Shown in pieces: positions 16,943-25,746 of a stretch of DNA of 32,000 nucleotides. Origin of the DNA: Pyrodictium delaneyi (lineage in GTDB: Archaea > Thermoproteota > Thermoprotei_A > Sulfolobales > Pyrodictiaceae). The position numbers and the translations under genes are program-made. Numbering within the stretch: position 1 is the stretch's first letter; every line of letters starts with the position of its first letter. The DNA lies in NCBI RefSeq assembly GCF_001412615.1, contig NZ_CP013011.1:1560001-1592000 (forward strand), written 5' to 3'. The notes beneath the pieces were generated by a model. It searched no databases. It was not told the origin of the DNA and saw nothing but the letters and a program-made list of their open reading frames with translations.

Positions 16943-16984
16943 CACCGAGCAAGCAGAGCCGCCGGACAAACCGTGGGACAATTA

Positions 16985-17794
16985 TCACGAGTCTCTGCTC
17001 CGGCCTGCAAGATAGTCGAGAAGACTCTTCTGCCTAGACTTCCCGGACTTATTACTAGCCTCCGTACTCTTAGCCCTATACCATCCTGGCGCTACACGCT
17101 TCAGAGTGGACCACGAGCGGCGAACAAACCACGGCGGGCTATGGGGGGACTCCCGGTATGCCTCCCTAATCCATTCTAGCGTATGAGGGTCAGTGGGATA
17201 GCCTGAGCCCCGGATACCATAGAGTTGACGGAGCTTCTCTATCTCCTCGTCCCTCACAACCTTGGCTACTATACTCGCTGCCGATACGGGGAGGTATCTT
17301 CTATCCGCCTTAGGCTTAGCTACAATAGTTCCCTGAAAGCCAGAAAGACGCCTTACCTCTGAGGCCATTTTCGAGGCTGGCCCAACAGCATCTATATACA
17401 CAGCATCTAAGTCCCTATAGATGGTTGATGTACGTCGAACGATATGAGCTATTGTCGATATCTCAAGCCGGTTTAGGTTCACCGTGTCTATCACTGCGGG
17501 CGGGATCTTCACTATCACCACATAGCTTGCCAGGTCTAGGATTCTTGCAAAGAGTTCCCGGCGCTGGGCTGGCGTAAGCTCCTTGCTGTCACGCACTCCT
17601 AGCTTTTCCAGGATCGGCACCGTACTACTATCTACGAGCACGCCAGCCACAACCATGGGGCCTATAATGGGGCCACGTCCAGCCTCGTCTATTCCTAACA
17701 GTTTGCCTTTAGACCTAGGCAACACTACATCATCCCTCGAGTAAGCTACAATATCTCGGCGTATGGACGTGTCACGCATCACACTCATAGCCAT
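16985..17794 (-). CDS. rnhB: Ribonuclease HII
   Basis: Motifs LLGIDEAGRGPIIGPMVVAGV and RDSKELTP. A C-terminal PIP box QKSLLDYL (17009-17032) fits the known PCNA-binding tail of archaeal RNase HII. The N-terminal ~30 aa may be overcalled. Confidence 0.9.
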   Translation of the reverse strand: MAMSVMRDTSIRRDIVAYSRDDVVLPRSKGKLLGIDEAGRGPIIGPMVVAGVLVDSSTVPILEKLGVRDSKELTPAQRRELFARILDLASYVVIVKIPPAVIDTVNLNRLEISTIAHIVRRTSTIYRDLDAVYIDAVGPASKMASEVRRLSGFQGTIVAKPKADRRYLPVSAASIVAKVVRDEEIEKLRQLYGIRGSGYPTDPHTLEWIREAYRESPHSPPWFVRRSWSTLKRVAPGWYRAKSTEASNKSGKSRQKSLLDYLAGRSRDS

Positions 17795-18650
17795 AAGCTA
17801 CACCGTATGCTATGCATGCAGCCTCCTCCGGATCTACAAGCTCTAGACCTGCTAGCCCGTAGCCTAGCCCTTTGAGTAGCTCCTCTAGGGGTTTCTCTAC
17901 GCTTCTAGCCTCCGGCCAACATTCATCATCGCGCAACAAGAGTCTACAGCCAAGGTACACCTTAGCCTTAGATTCACTGCCCGTATCCACAGCGATAGTC
18001 TTAACCGCTCCAGCCTTCATGTAGTCTAGCTTACGGGCTACTTCGACTATAGCCCGACACAGGGAACGTCTGGGCTCATTCCTCCTGGAGCCTATATACT
18101 CGTACACCTCTCTGATGCATTCATCTCCAATGCTGAGCTGAAGTACAATATCTATACTATGCTCTAGGAGCGATGAACGATATGCATCCCCACCCGTAAA
18201 CGCTGCCTCTAAATGTTTCTCTACCTCTTCCCGTAGATCGATACCTGCTTCAGCCAGCTTTGCTATATGTACTAGTGACCTTAGGTGGAGTGGGCTCTGT
18301 AGCTCGTTAGCTACCCTTATTATACTGTTCCAGCTCCACGAACCCTTGACTATTCTGTAGGCCTCCCTGAGCAACTTCTCTCCACCATAACCCTCTACAA
18401 GCACGTTAAAACTCTCAGCATACTTCTTTATCCAGCCTATTATGCCTAGTAACGAGAAGAGTGTTGGAGAGTCGTTCGGGAGAAGCGGATAAATCTCGAC
18501 AAGCTGTATTCCTAGACTCCTATACGCTTCTTTACGCTCTATCGAGTCAACAATGGCTGCGACAATTAGGACTATATCATATCTTGCTGCTCTACGAGAC
18601 GTTTTGCCCTCTAGTGGGCGGAAAACCACCGGCAATGTCTTCAGCCACAT
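17772..18650 (-). CDS. Hypothetical protein (292 aa)
   Basis: A long ORF with coding-like composition. Its 3' end overlaps the rnhB start by 23 nt, which suggests co-transcription. No family recognised. Confidence 0.55.
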   Translation of the reverse strand: MWLKTLPVVFRPLEGKTSRRAARYDIVLIVAAIVDSIERKEAYRSLGIQLVEIYPLLPNDSPTLFSLLGIIGWIKKYAESFNVLVEGYGGEKLLREAYRIVKGSWSWNSIIRVANELQSPLHLRSLVHIAKLAEAGIDLREEVEKHLEAAFTGGDAYRSSLLEHSIDIVLQLSIGDECIREVYEYIGSRRNEPRRSLCRAIVEVARKLDYMKAGAVKTIAVDTGSESKAKVYLGCRLLLRDDECWPEARSVEKPLEELLKGLGYGLAGLELVDPEEAACIAYGVAYGYECDA

Positions 18651-18803
18651 CCTCTCCCTGTCTATTCAGAAATGTAGCCGGTGGAGGCTCAGCCTAGTAT
18701 GCGGTCTGCATCCCTGCTAGCCCCCGGCAGGCGAGGGTCTAGAGGCTACGCTCCCGGATTCCACATCATAGCCTCCATTGCTCTCCGGTATATTCGCCAA
18801 GGG

Positions 18804-20741
18804 TTATTCTATGCTCTTATGCTTTTGCTCTCCCCCGCCTTGGCTCCCGCTACTGGCTTCCTTTAGGAGGCGTTGCCCGAACCTCTCGAGCAGTATGGGA
18901 AAGACTGTCCCGACGATATCCTCTAGTGTTATCACGCCATGGTACCGATACATAGCATCAACTACTATAACGTAGTCAGTTCCATATATTATCATTTGCT
19001 CTAATGCTCTAGCTACACACTCGCCAACTCTAACCATCGGTGCCTGGGAGAGCGAGACCTCTGCTACAGGCTCACTCGAGCGCAACGCATAGCGCAAGTC
19101 TAGGCCAGCATACCCTGGATCTAGGACTCCGACGACTCGTCCTGTCTCATCGACTATCGGGACTATGTGCTGTTTATTCGCTACCATACGGCGAACCACG
19201 ACGCGAAGCGGCTCACTCCAGTTAGCAGTCACATACTTCTTGCTAGCAAGCTTCTCAACACGTATGCATATGTTTTGCTCACGTATCATTTGTAGTAGGG
19301 ACTCGGCCGTGAATAGGCTTGGCGGTATAGACTGGGGTAGCTGAGACTCGACAATACTTATGCCTCTCGTCGCGAGCGAGGCCGTGAGCGAAGTCATAAG
19401 CGCCGGCACAATTAGTGCCGGCGTACCACCTACTTCCGCCACCATGAATGCGAGGCCTATAGGGACCTTTGACGCTGCACCAAACAAGGCAGCCATACCA
19501 AGGTAGGCATATAGTGCAGGCTCTACACCGGTATAACCAGCCACGAGCAGCCCAAACAACTCGCCTATCATGGCTCCCGCAAAGAGGCCTGGTGCCAGTA
19601 GTCCACCGCTGCCGCCGCTGCCAACAGTTAAGGCCGTAGCTGTTATCTTGAGTATGGCTAGCAGCAACAGAGCTGTGATCATATCTACGTCCAGGCTTAT
19701 GAATGATGTGCTGGTAGCGCCTGGTTTTTGCTCCTGGAAGAATTTCAGCATTTCCGCGAGGAGTTCCTCACCTGTGCCAAGTATATGCGGCACGAATACA
19801 CCTATGATACCAACAATTATTGCACCTATGACTGGTCTTAGGCGAGTGTCTATGCCCTTCTTCTCTGTTAGCTCGATAAACCCCTCCTTTACCTTATAGA
19901 ACGTGTAGACGTAGAGATATGCAAATGGCGCTATAAATACTCCTAGCAGAATGTAGGAAGCCATCGCGTCGAAACCGTAGACGTTCAGTACATCACCTAC
20001 ATCTATTGATGGAAGCTTGTAGCCTGGACCCAGTATATGGAGTGAGAAACTGTAGGCTATTACCGATGCGAATAGGGCCGGTATTAGCGCGCTTGTCTCC
20101 ATGTCTCTCTCGTAGAGGACCTCTATAGCGAATATTGCGGCACCTACTGGGCTCTGGAATATAAAGGAGAGGGCACCGGCCACACCGGCTATCAGTGCTA
20201 TTTTCCTTTCCTCGACACTGAGCCGGAGCACATTAGCTATGAATGAGCCTGCAGCACCACCTATCTGTACTGCCGGGCCTTCGGGGCCACCGCTTCCTCC
20301 TCCACCGAGTAGTAGCGCTGATGCAACTGCCTTTACTACTGCTACTCTAGGCCTTACATGCCCGGCTTCATGATGGTAAGCGTTTACTATAGCATCTGTG
20401 CCACTTCCCTCCGCCTCCGGCGCCCAACGATAGACTATAGTACTCGCTATAGCTGCACCTACGACTACCGTGAGTGGTATTAGAAGTCTATTATGACCTT
20501 CGAGCGCTATTATGGAGTAGTCCGATATGTGGAAGAGTATAGATGAGACATCAAGACCGTGTAGGTAGGCTGCGACGGCAATTACAAGCCTAAGCATTAC
20601 GTAGAAGATGCCTATTGCAAGCGAGGAGACAACAGCAGTAACTGTACTTATGAATAGCCAGCGCTCTACGTAGCCCAAGCGTTCATTTATCGACACGACA
20701 ATTCTGGCGAGCTTTTCTGGTATCTTTAAGCTAGGCCTCAT
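18804..20741 (-). CDS. ClC-family chloride channel/antiporter with C-terminal CBS pair
   Basis: Selectivity-filter-type motifs EGSGTDA, GGPEGPAVQIGG and GGLLAPGLFAGAMIG, many hydrophobic helices, and a CBS-like tail (HIVPIVDETGRVVGVLD ... GVITLEDIV). Confidence 0.88.
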   Translation of the reverse strand: MRPSLKIPEKLARIVVSINERLGYVERWLFISTVTAVVSSLAIGIFYVMLRLVIAVAAYLHGLDVSSILFHISDYSIIALEGHNRLLIPLTVVVGAAIASTIVYRWAPEAEGSGTDAIVNAYHHEAGHVRPRVAVVKAVASALLLGGGGSGGPEGPAVQIGGAAGSFIANVLRLSVEERKIALIAGVAGALSFIFQSPVGAAIFAIEVLYERDMETSALIPALFASVIAYSFSLHILGPGYKLPSIDVGDVLNVYGFDAMASYILLGVFIAPFAYLYVYTFYKVKEGFIELTEKKGIDTRLRPVIGAIIVGIIGVFVPHILGTGEELLAEMLKFFQEQKPGATSTSFISLDVDMITALLLLAILKITATALTVGSGGSGGLLAPGLFAGAMIGELFGLLVAGYTGVEPALYAYLGMAALFGAASKVPIGLAFMVAEVGGTPALIVPALMTSLTASLATRGISIVESQLPQSIPPSLFTAESLLQMIREQNICIRVEKLASKKYVTANWSEPLRVVVRRMVANKQHIVPIVDETGRVVGVLDPGYAGLDLRYALRSSEPVAEVSLSQAPMVRVGECVARALEQMIIYGTDYVIVVDAMYRYHGVITLEDIVGTVFPILLERFGQRLLKEASSGSQGGGEQKHKSIE

Positions 20742-20881
20742 TATTTTCTACCCTTTCTGTTACGCCCTAGCCTAGAGACCTCGCCCCTCATCCAGGTGTG
20801 CCGCTGAGTTGAATAAGAGGAGTATCCCTGGTACGCACATCCCCCTGGGAATCGGAGTCCTTTGGGGGGTGACGTAGAGCC

Positions 20882-21463
20882 GTGTCAGCTACACCCATAG
20901 TCGATATAGCTAAGCTAGCCGGAACAGGTATTGAGGAGGCCCGCAAGACGATCGAGGCAGAGAGGTTCTACATCCGCGTTTACGCGTTACCAAGGCCTAG
21001 ACTACGCATAAGAAGCCCCAAGAAGAGGATAATAGACGTTGACGAGGGCAAGCTTGCACGGCTAGAGTATGCACTCATAAGGTCGATACTAGAAGCTGCT
21101 TCTAAGGGCTCTAAGCCGAGCTTCAAAGACTTCGCGGAGCTCGCAGGCGACTACAAGGCCGCAGCTGCATACATAGCAGCTCTTTGGCGTGCCGGTCTAG
21201 TAGAGTTCGATGACGCCAGCAAAGCCGCCGAGATATATGCTGCGGCAGTTTCGCTAAGCCAGAAGGGCTACGAGAGAAAGATAGCACGCGCACTAGACGC
21301 CACATTCACCATAAAGACTGACAAACTTGCAGAGCTTCCTGCAGACCAGCTACTCTGCATCCGCCGCGAGGGCAAGATCTACTGCCGCTACATCGTATCT
21401 AACACAGCACGAAGCCAGGCCAAAGCGCAAGTACGTGCACTCAGCGACACACTTGCCAGCTAA
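20882..21463 (+). CDS. Hypothetical protein, possible winged-helix DNA-binding protein
   Basis: GTG start preceded by the SD-like GGGGGGTGA. The segment FKDFAELAGDYKAAAAYIAALWRAGLVEFDD resembles a wHTH recognition helix and wing. The family assignment is only a guess. Confidence 0.5.
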   Translation: MSATPIVDIAKLAGTGIEEARKTIEAERFYIRVYALPRPRLRIRSPKKRIIDVDEGKLARLEYALIRSILEAASKGSKPSFKDFAELAGDYKAAAAYIAALWRAGLVEFDDASKAAEIYAAAVSLSQKGYERKIARALDATFTIKTDKLAELPADQLLCIRREGKIYCRYIVSNTARSQAKAQVRALSDTLAS

Positions 21464-21677
21464 CATCACCCTTTAGGCTAAAGCTGCTTTCAACAAATCT
21501 ACAACCTTCCCGGTTTTGACACAACTACAACTAGCCCAGATCGCCGAGACACCGTCTCACCATGTATCACCACTACTACAAACCCGTGAAGCATATCTAT
21601 GATTGCTGTAAGACGTGCACTGTGGCTCACTACTTAACGGCAGTGCAAGGCTTAAGCTTGTGCAGGGTTGGGCCGCT

Positions 21678-22343
21678 ATGCCGTTAAGGCTGAAATGGTG
21701 GCTACATGCATGCTTTGAGCTAGAGGTAGACGGCAAGAGGCTGGTAATTGACCCACACGACGGGGGTAGCCTAGGCGTAGGGTTTTCGGCTCCAAGCGTT
21801 AAGGCCGACTATGTGCTAGTTACCCACGATCACTACGACCATAATGCTGTCGAAAAGGTTTCAACAGACCATACTGTGGTTGCAAGGGAGAGGACGGGAG
21901 GATTCACTCTAGGACCCTTCAAGGTTAAGGGCGTAAAACTACCTCACGACGAGTTTGACGGGCGTATTAGGGGATTCGTAGTAGCATATCGTATAGAGGT
22001 GGAAGGGATTAGTCTAGTACACTTAAGCGACCTTGGACGCATGCTCACTGAGGAGGAAGTTCGTGAAATAGGCAGCGTTGATATCGCGCTTATCCCAGCT
22101 GGAGACGTGTATACCCTGCATCCACGCCAAGCATTAGAGGCGGCAGAGGCACTGGGAGCACGCATAGTTATACCAATGCACTACTGGCTCCCAGGAATAC
22201 AGCTCCCTCTCGAACCTCTCGATACAATACTACGATATGCAAAGAAGTGGCGCGTGCTACGCTTAGAGTCCAGCTGGATTGAGATCACACGGGAAGATAT
22301 CCCCGAAGAGAAGACATTAGCCGTACTCGCTCCGCCAAGGTAG
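21678..22343 (+). CDS. Metallo-beta-lactamase-fold hydrolase (UPF0173-like)
   Basis: LKWWLHACFELEVDGKRLVIDPHDG and the HxHxDH motif VTHDHYDHN. The track ORF starts at 21615, but ATG 21678 (MPLRLKWW...) matches the usual N-terminus of this family. Confidence 0.8.
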   Translation: MPLRLKWWLHACFELEVDGKRLVIDPHDGGSLGVGFSAPSVKADYVLVTHDHYDHNAVEKVSTDHTVVARERTGGFTLGPFKVKGVKLPHDEFDGRIRGFVVAYRIEVEGISLVHLSDLGRMLTEEEVREIGSVDIALIPAGDVYTLHPRQALEAAEALGARIVIPMHYWLPGIQLPLEPLDTILRYAKKWRVLRLESSWIEITREDIPEEKTLAVLAPPR

Positions 22344-22365
22344 ACCGGCTAGAGGGGCCTGGTAT

Positions 22366-23124
22366 TTGGCTCGACACAAATGTGAGGGAGATGTGCTAGT
22401 AGCGGAGGGGCTCGTCAAGAAGTTCGAGAAGGGCCCAGTGATAGGACCAATATCGTTACGTATAGGTTCGGGCACTGTTTTCGCACTTATAGGCCCCAAT
22501 GGCGCAGGTAAGACTACAACTATACGTATGATCCTCGGCATATACCGCCCCGACGCTGGCAGTGTTAACATATGTGGCGTCGACCCATACACTGGGAGAG
22601 GCGCTCATGGGTTAGCTGCCTATGTTCCCGAGGAGACTGCTGTCTATCCACGCCTGACAGGCTATGAGCACCTCTGGTTTTACGCTGGACTCTATATGGG
22701 CAACCCTAGTGAGGCTCAGCGCATCGTAGAACGGGCAGCCGAGCTCTCAGAGCTAGGTGAAGCGCTCTGGCGCCGTGTCGAGGAGTACAGCAAAGGCATG
22801 AAGAGGAAGCTCCTATTAGCCCTAGCTCTAGCCCTTGACACACCACTCCTAGTCCTCGACGAGCCTACCTCGGGGCTCGACGTCTATAGTGCTGTACGTA
22901 TACGCCAACTAATAAGACAGGCCGCCGAGGAGGGCAGGGCAGTGCTCGTCACCAGCCACAACATGCTAGAGGTAGAGAGAATAGCCGATAGAGTAGCCTT
23001 CATAGCCAGGGGCAGAATCATCGACGAAGGTCATCCAAGCGACCTCGTCAGGAAGTACTCCGCGAGAGACCTCGAGGAAGCCTTCGTGAAGGCTGTACTA
23101 CCACGAGGGACACGACGGGAATAG
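22366..23124 (+). CDS. ABC transporter ATP-binding protein (ABC-2 type)
   Basis: Walker A GPNGAGKTTT, signature-like YSKGMKRKL, Walker B LLVLDEPTSGLD and H-loop VTSHN. GTG 22393, preceded by GAGGGAG, is a plausible alternative start. Confidence 0.92.
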   Translation: MARHKCEGDVLVAEGLVKKFEKGPVIGPISLRIGSGTVFALIGPNGAGKTTTIRMILGIYRPDAGSVNICGVDPYTGRGAHGLAAYVPEETAVYPRLTGYEHLWFYAGLYMGNPSEAQRIVERAAELSELGEALWRRVEEYSKGMKRKLLLALALALDTPLLVLDEPTSGLDVYSAVRIRQLIRQAAEEGRAVLVTSHNMLEVERIADRVAFIARGRIIDEGHPSDLVRKYSARDLEEAFVKAVLPRGTRRE

Positions 23125-23139
23125 CCACGGTGAGCCGCC

Positions 23140-24357
23140 ATGCCAAGACTTCCGTTAATAAACTATCGTCTAGCCGTGCTCGTCAAGAAGGAGGCACTTG
23201 AATTCCTTCGCGACCGACGCAGCCTGGTATTGATGGCTGTATCGGCATTTCTCTTTCCAGTGCTAGGGCTCCTCGTAACCGGGCTAAAGACGCAGCAAGT
23301 TGCTCTCGTAGCCATAGTTGTATGCGACACTGGTGCACCAGCGGAGGAACTCGCTCAGCAGCTCTATACGGCCTTCAACGAAAGCCCGGGCTTTAGCGCA
23401 ATGATGGAGCACGGGCCTCCCTGTACACCACCATCACAAGCCGTAGCCACCATAGTAATCCCCGAGGGCTTTAGCAGAAATGCCACGAGCATCGACTCGC
23501 CAGTTATCGTAGAGTTGTACCGCGTAGTGGGGAACCCTGCAGCCGAGGACGCTGTACAGCTAGCCTATAGCGTGATGGGGCGATTCTCGCAGAGTATAGC
23601 CGCACAGCGTGTCGAGACACTAGCTAGGCTAGCTGGCAAGCAGGTTGAGACCGACTACGTGTTACACCCGCTACGTGTTGTATCGCAAACCGTCACCGAG
23701 ACTGGGCAGAAGGCTCCGCCAGAGCTCCAGGAGAGAGCAGCTGTTGCAAGGTTCCTAGCATTCTCTGTATTCTTTATACTGAATCCCGCAGCGATAGCTG
23801 TAGCAGACTCCATAACCCGTGAGCGGGAGCGCGGCACCGGCGAGCTATTGGCGATAACCCCGCTCAGCGGCGTGGAGCTGGTGCTAGGCAAGACTCTCGG
23901 CTCGTTGACTGCAGCCTTGATAGCAGGCAGTCTCGACATTGTAGCCGTGATCGCATATGCAGAGATGACCGCGGCAAGCGCTACCGCAGGGCTTATACTC
24001 TTCCATGCAGTCCAAGTAGCTCTAGCCGTGATGGTTACCGCCGCTATAACTATGCTGGTTACTATGGTGGTTCCCGGCCAGCGTGCAGCTTCCCTCACAG
24101 CAAGTAGCGTAACAGGCGCCGCTGTTATGGTCTTCTTCTCAACATTATTCGTCGATATCAACACACTACCAGCATGGATAAAGGCGTTACTCTACCTCAT
24201 ACCCTATACACATACGGCTCAAGCCATAGAGACCTACGCTCTAGGTGACGAGGGTATGGCCCTCATACACACCAGCATCATCGCCGCACTGACTATAGTG
24301 TCTATAGCTGCTGCCGCACGACTATATAGACCTGAGAGGCTAGTTAAGCGTGGCTAG
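23140..24357 (+). CDS. ABC-2 type transporter permease
   Basis: An N-terminal TM helix, a large loop, then several hydrophobic helices in the C-terminal half. GGTGA lies upstream of the ATG, and the gene starts 16 nt after the ATPase gene. Confidence 0.8.
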   Translation: MPRLPLINYRLAVLVKKEALEFLRDRRSLVLMAVSAFLFPVLGLLVTGLKTQQVALVAIVVCDTGAPAEELAQQLYTAFNESPGFSAMMEHGPPCTPPSQAVATIVIPEGFSRNATSIDSPVIVELYRVVGNPAAEDAVQLAYSVMGRFSQSIAAQRVETLARLAGKQVETDYVLHPLRVVSQTVTETGQKAPPELQERAAVARFLAFSVFFILNPAAIAVADSITRERERGTGELLAITPLSGVELVLGKTLGSLTAALIAGSLDIVAVIAYAEMTAASATAGLILFHAVQVALAVMVTAAITMLVTMVVPGQRAASLTASSVTGAAVMVFFSTLFVDINTLPAWIKALLYLIPYTHTAQAIETYALGDEGMALIHTSIIAALTIVSIAAAARLYRPERLVKRG

Positions 24358-24515
24358 ACTCTAGCTGGACGCGCCACGGGATGATGCATAGCTCTACTTT
24401 GCTCTAGATGAACCCCCGGCGACCAGGGTCTTCCTTGGATCCTTGCTTCGGGATGAGCGGGGAGGCCGTACTGACCGTAGAACTACACTGCAGAGATACT
24501 ATATCTGCTATGAAC

Positions 24516-25358
24516 CTAAGATATACCAATGACTACTGCTTGTTTCCAGTCACTCCCAAAGCTCTTGACTATGGTCTTATAGCCATTGTCGCGGAGAAGT
24601 GCTTCGATATCTTCTACGCGTATGAGCGGCGGATGAACTTCCACTATCACTTGGCTTATAGTGCTCGGCGATAGGATTCCGTCATTCGATGCTCTTTCTA
24701 GAACCTCTTGCTCCGCTCCCTCCACGTCCAGCTTAAGCAAGTTTATAGCATCTAGCCCGTGATCCTTCATTAGCCTCTTTAAGCTTATAGATGGCACTCT
24801 AAGGGTCTTGAACACCTCTACCCGCATTTCCGCTATATAGCTCTTATACATGCTGGTGTTAACCCAAGGCTCTGTAACGTGTATCTCGCGTAGACAATAC
24901 TCACAGCCACCCAAGGATCTAGGATCGATGCGGGCTATGCGTTCGAGGCTGTTTAGCTCGAAGTTCTTGTAGAGTATACTCCTTGCAGCCGGATTCGGTT
25001 CTACAGCTATAATTAACCCATCACGCTTCATGGCAAGCGCCACTTTTACAGCAAAGAATCCTATGTAAGCGCCACCATCTACCACTATGTCGCCTGGCTT
25101 GAGCTTTACTATTGAGCCTAGCTGGTAGTCGTCAATACAGTGTACATGGATTAGGTTAGCCCAGGCCTCAGGAAGCTGGCTACAAGGTATAGCGAATAAA
25201 GTATCTCCAAGGTCTACCTCGATTTCTCCATTACATCCACTAGTAGTAGCTTCGACTAATAGCTCCATAGCCTCGGTGCTTATACATCCTTTAGACGTTG
25301 ATGTAAGCCACTCGAGGTATTCCTCATCGCTTATGACTGTGCTGTCCTTAGCTGCCAC
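24516..25358 (-). CDS. FkbM-family SAM-dependent methyltransferase
   Basis: Gly-rich SAM motif IVVDGGAYIGFFAVKVA and the family-typical LLKLDVEGAEQEVLE. GTG start. Confidence 0.8.
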   Translation of the reverse strand: MAAKDSTVISDEEYLEWLTSTSKGCISTEAMELLVEATTSGCNGEIEVDLGDTLFAIPCSQLPEAWANLIHVHCIDDYQLGSIVKLKPGDIVVDGGAYIGFFAVKVALAMKRDGLIIAVEPNPAARSILYKNFELNSLERIARIDPRSLGGCEYCLREIHVTEPWVNTSMYKSYIAEMRVEVFKTLRVPSISLKRLMKDHGLDAINLLKLDVEGAEQEVLERASNDGILSPSTISQVIVEVHPPLIRVEDIEALLRDNGYKTIVKSFGSDWKQAVVIGIS

Positions 25359-25539
25359 TAGCCTCTACCCCCGAACCCGCAAACCCAATGCCATGTAGGG
25401 GCACTCTTAACATCTCTTAAGTATACGCAGCAGCTATATAAGGGAGCTTGTAAGAGGTTCCAGAGAGCAGTGTCTACTGTTAAATAGCAAGCTACCCTAT
25501 AGAAGATTCATCAATTGAACTTCCTCTCTATAGCTAGCC

Positions 25540-25606
25540 GGGGATGAGGGCTGGGGGCTCCTCGAGCCCAAAAGGGCTATGAAGAAGAGTCCCATCACCG
25601 ACCCTA
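25540..25606 (+). ncRNA. Second candidate C/D-like or K-turn sRNA sharing a 13-nt core with the 16860-16942 locus
   Basis: Flank GGG is followed by degenerate C box ATGAGGG (25544-50) and an 11-nt spacer. Then come TCGA (25562-65), GCCC-AAAA-GGGC (25566-77), TAT and GAAGA (25581-85). A 12-nt spacer leads to CCGA (25598-601) and flank CCC. The region is ORF-free. Confidence 0.3.
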
Positions 25607-25746
25607 GTCCTGGCTACCGCCGAGCGAGGAAATACTTCATAACGTCTCTAGCTGCTCATATTTATACGGGAATGATGAACTGGGCCCTTACGGTTGCCCT
25701 CCGAAGACGCATTGTCAGTGTGGATGGTTTCGCGCCCTGACCCATC

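Noticed and set aside
24381-24475. GATGATGC ... GGATGAG ... CTGA, a C/D-like pattern in the spacer between the convergent permease and FkbM genes.
   Set aside because: The boxes deviate at key positions, the spacing is ~90 nt without proper internal boxes, and there are no flanking terminal stems.
25672-25740. A consensus C box ATGATGA and a CTGA 58 nt downstream, as a third C/D sRNA candidate.
   Set aside because: The internal geometry fails. No D' lies at guide distance, and 29 nt separate the GAAGA element from CTGA. A TTTATA element sits only ~6 nt upstream, which is too close to be its promoter. The stretch more likely belongs to the leader or promoter of the 25747 gene.
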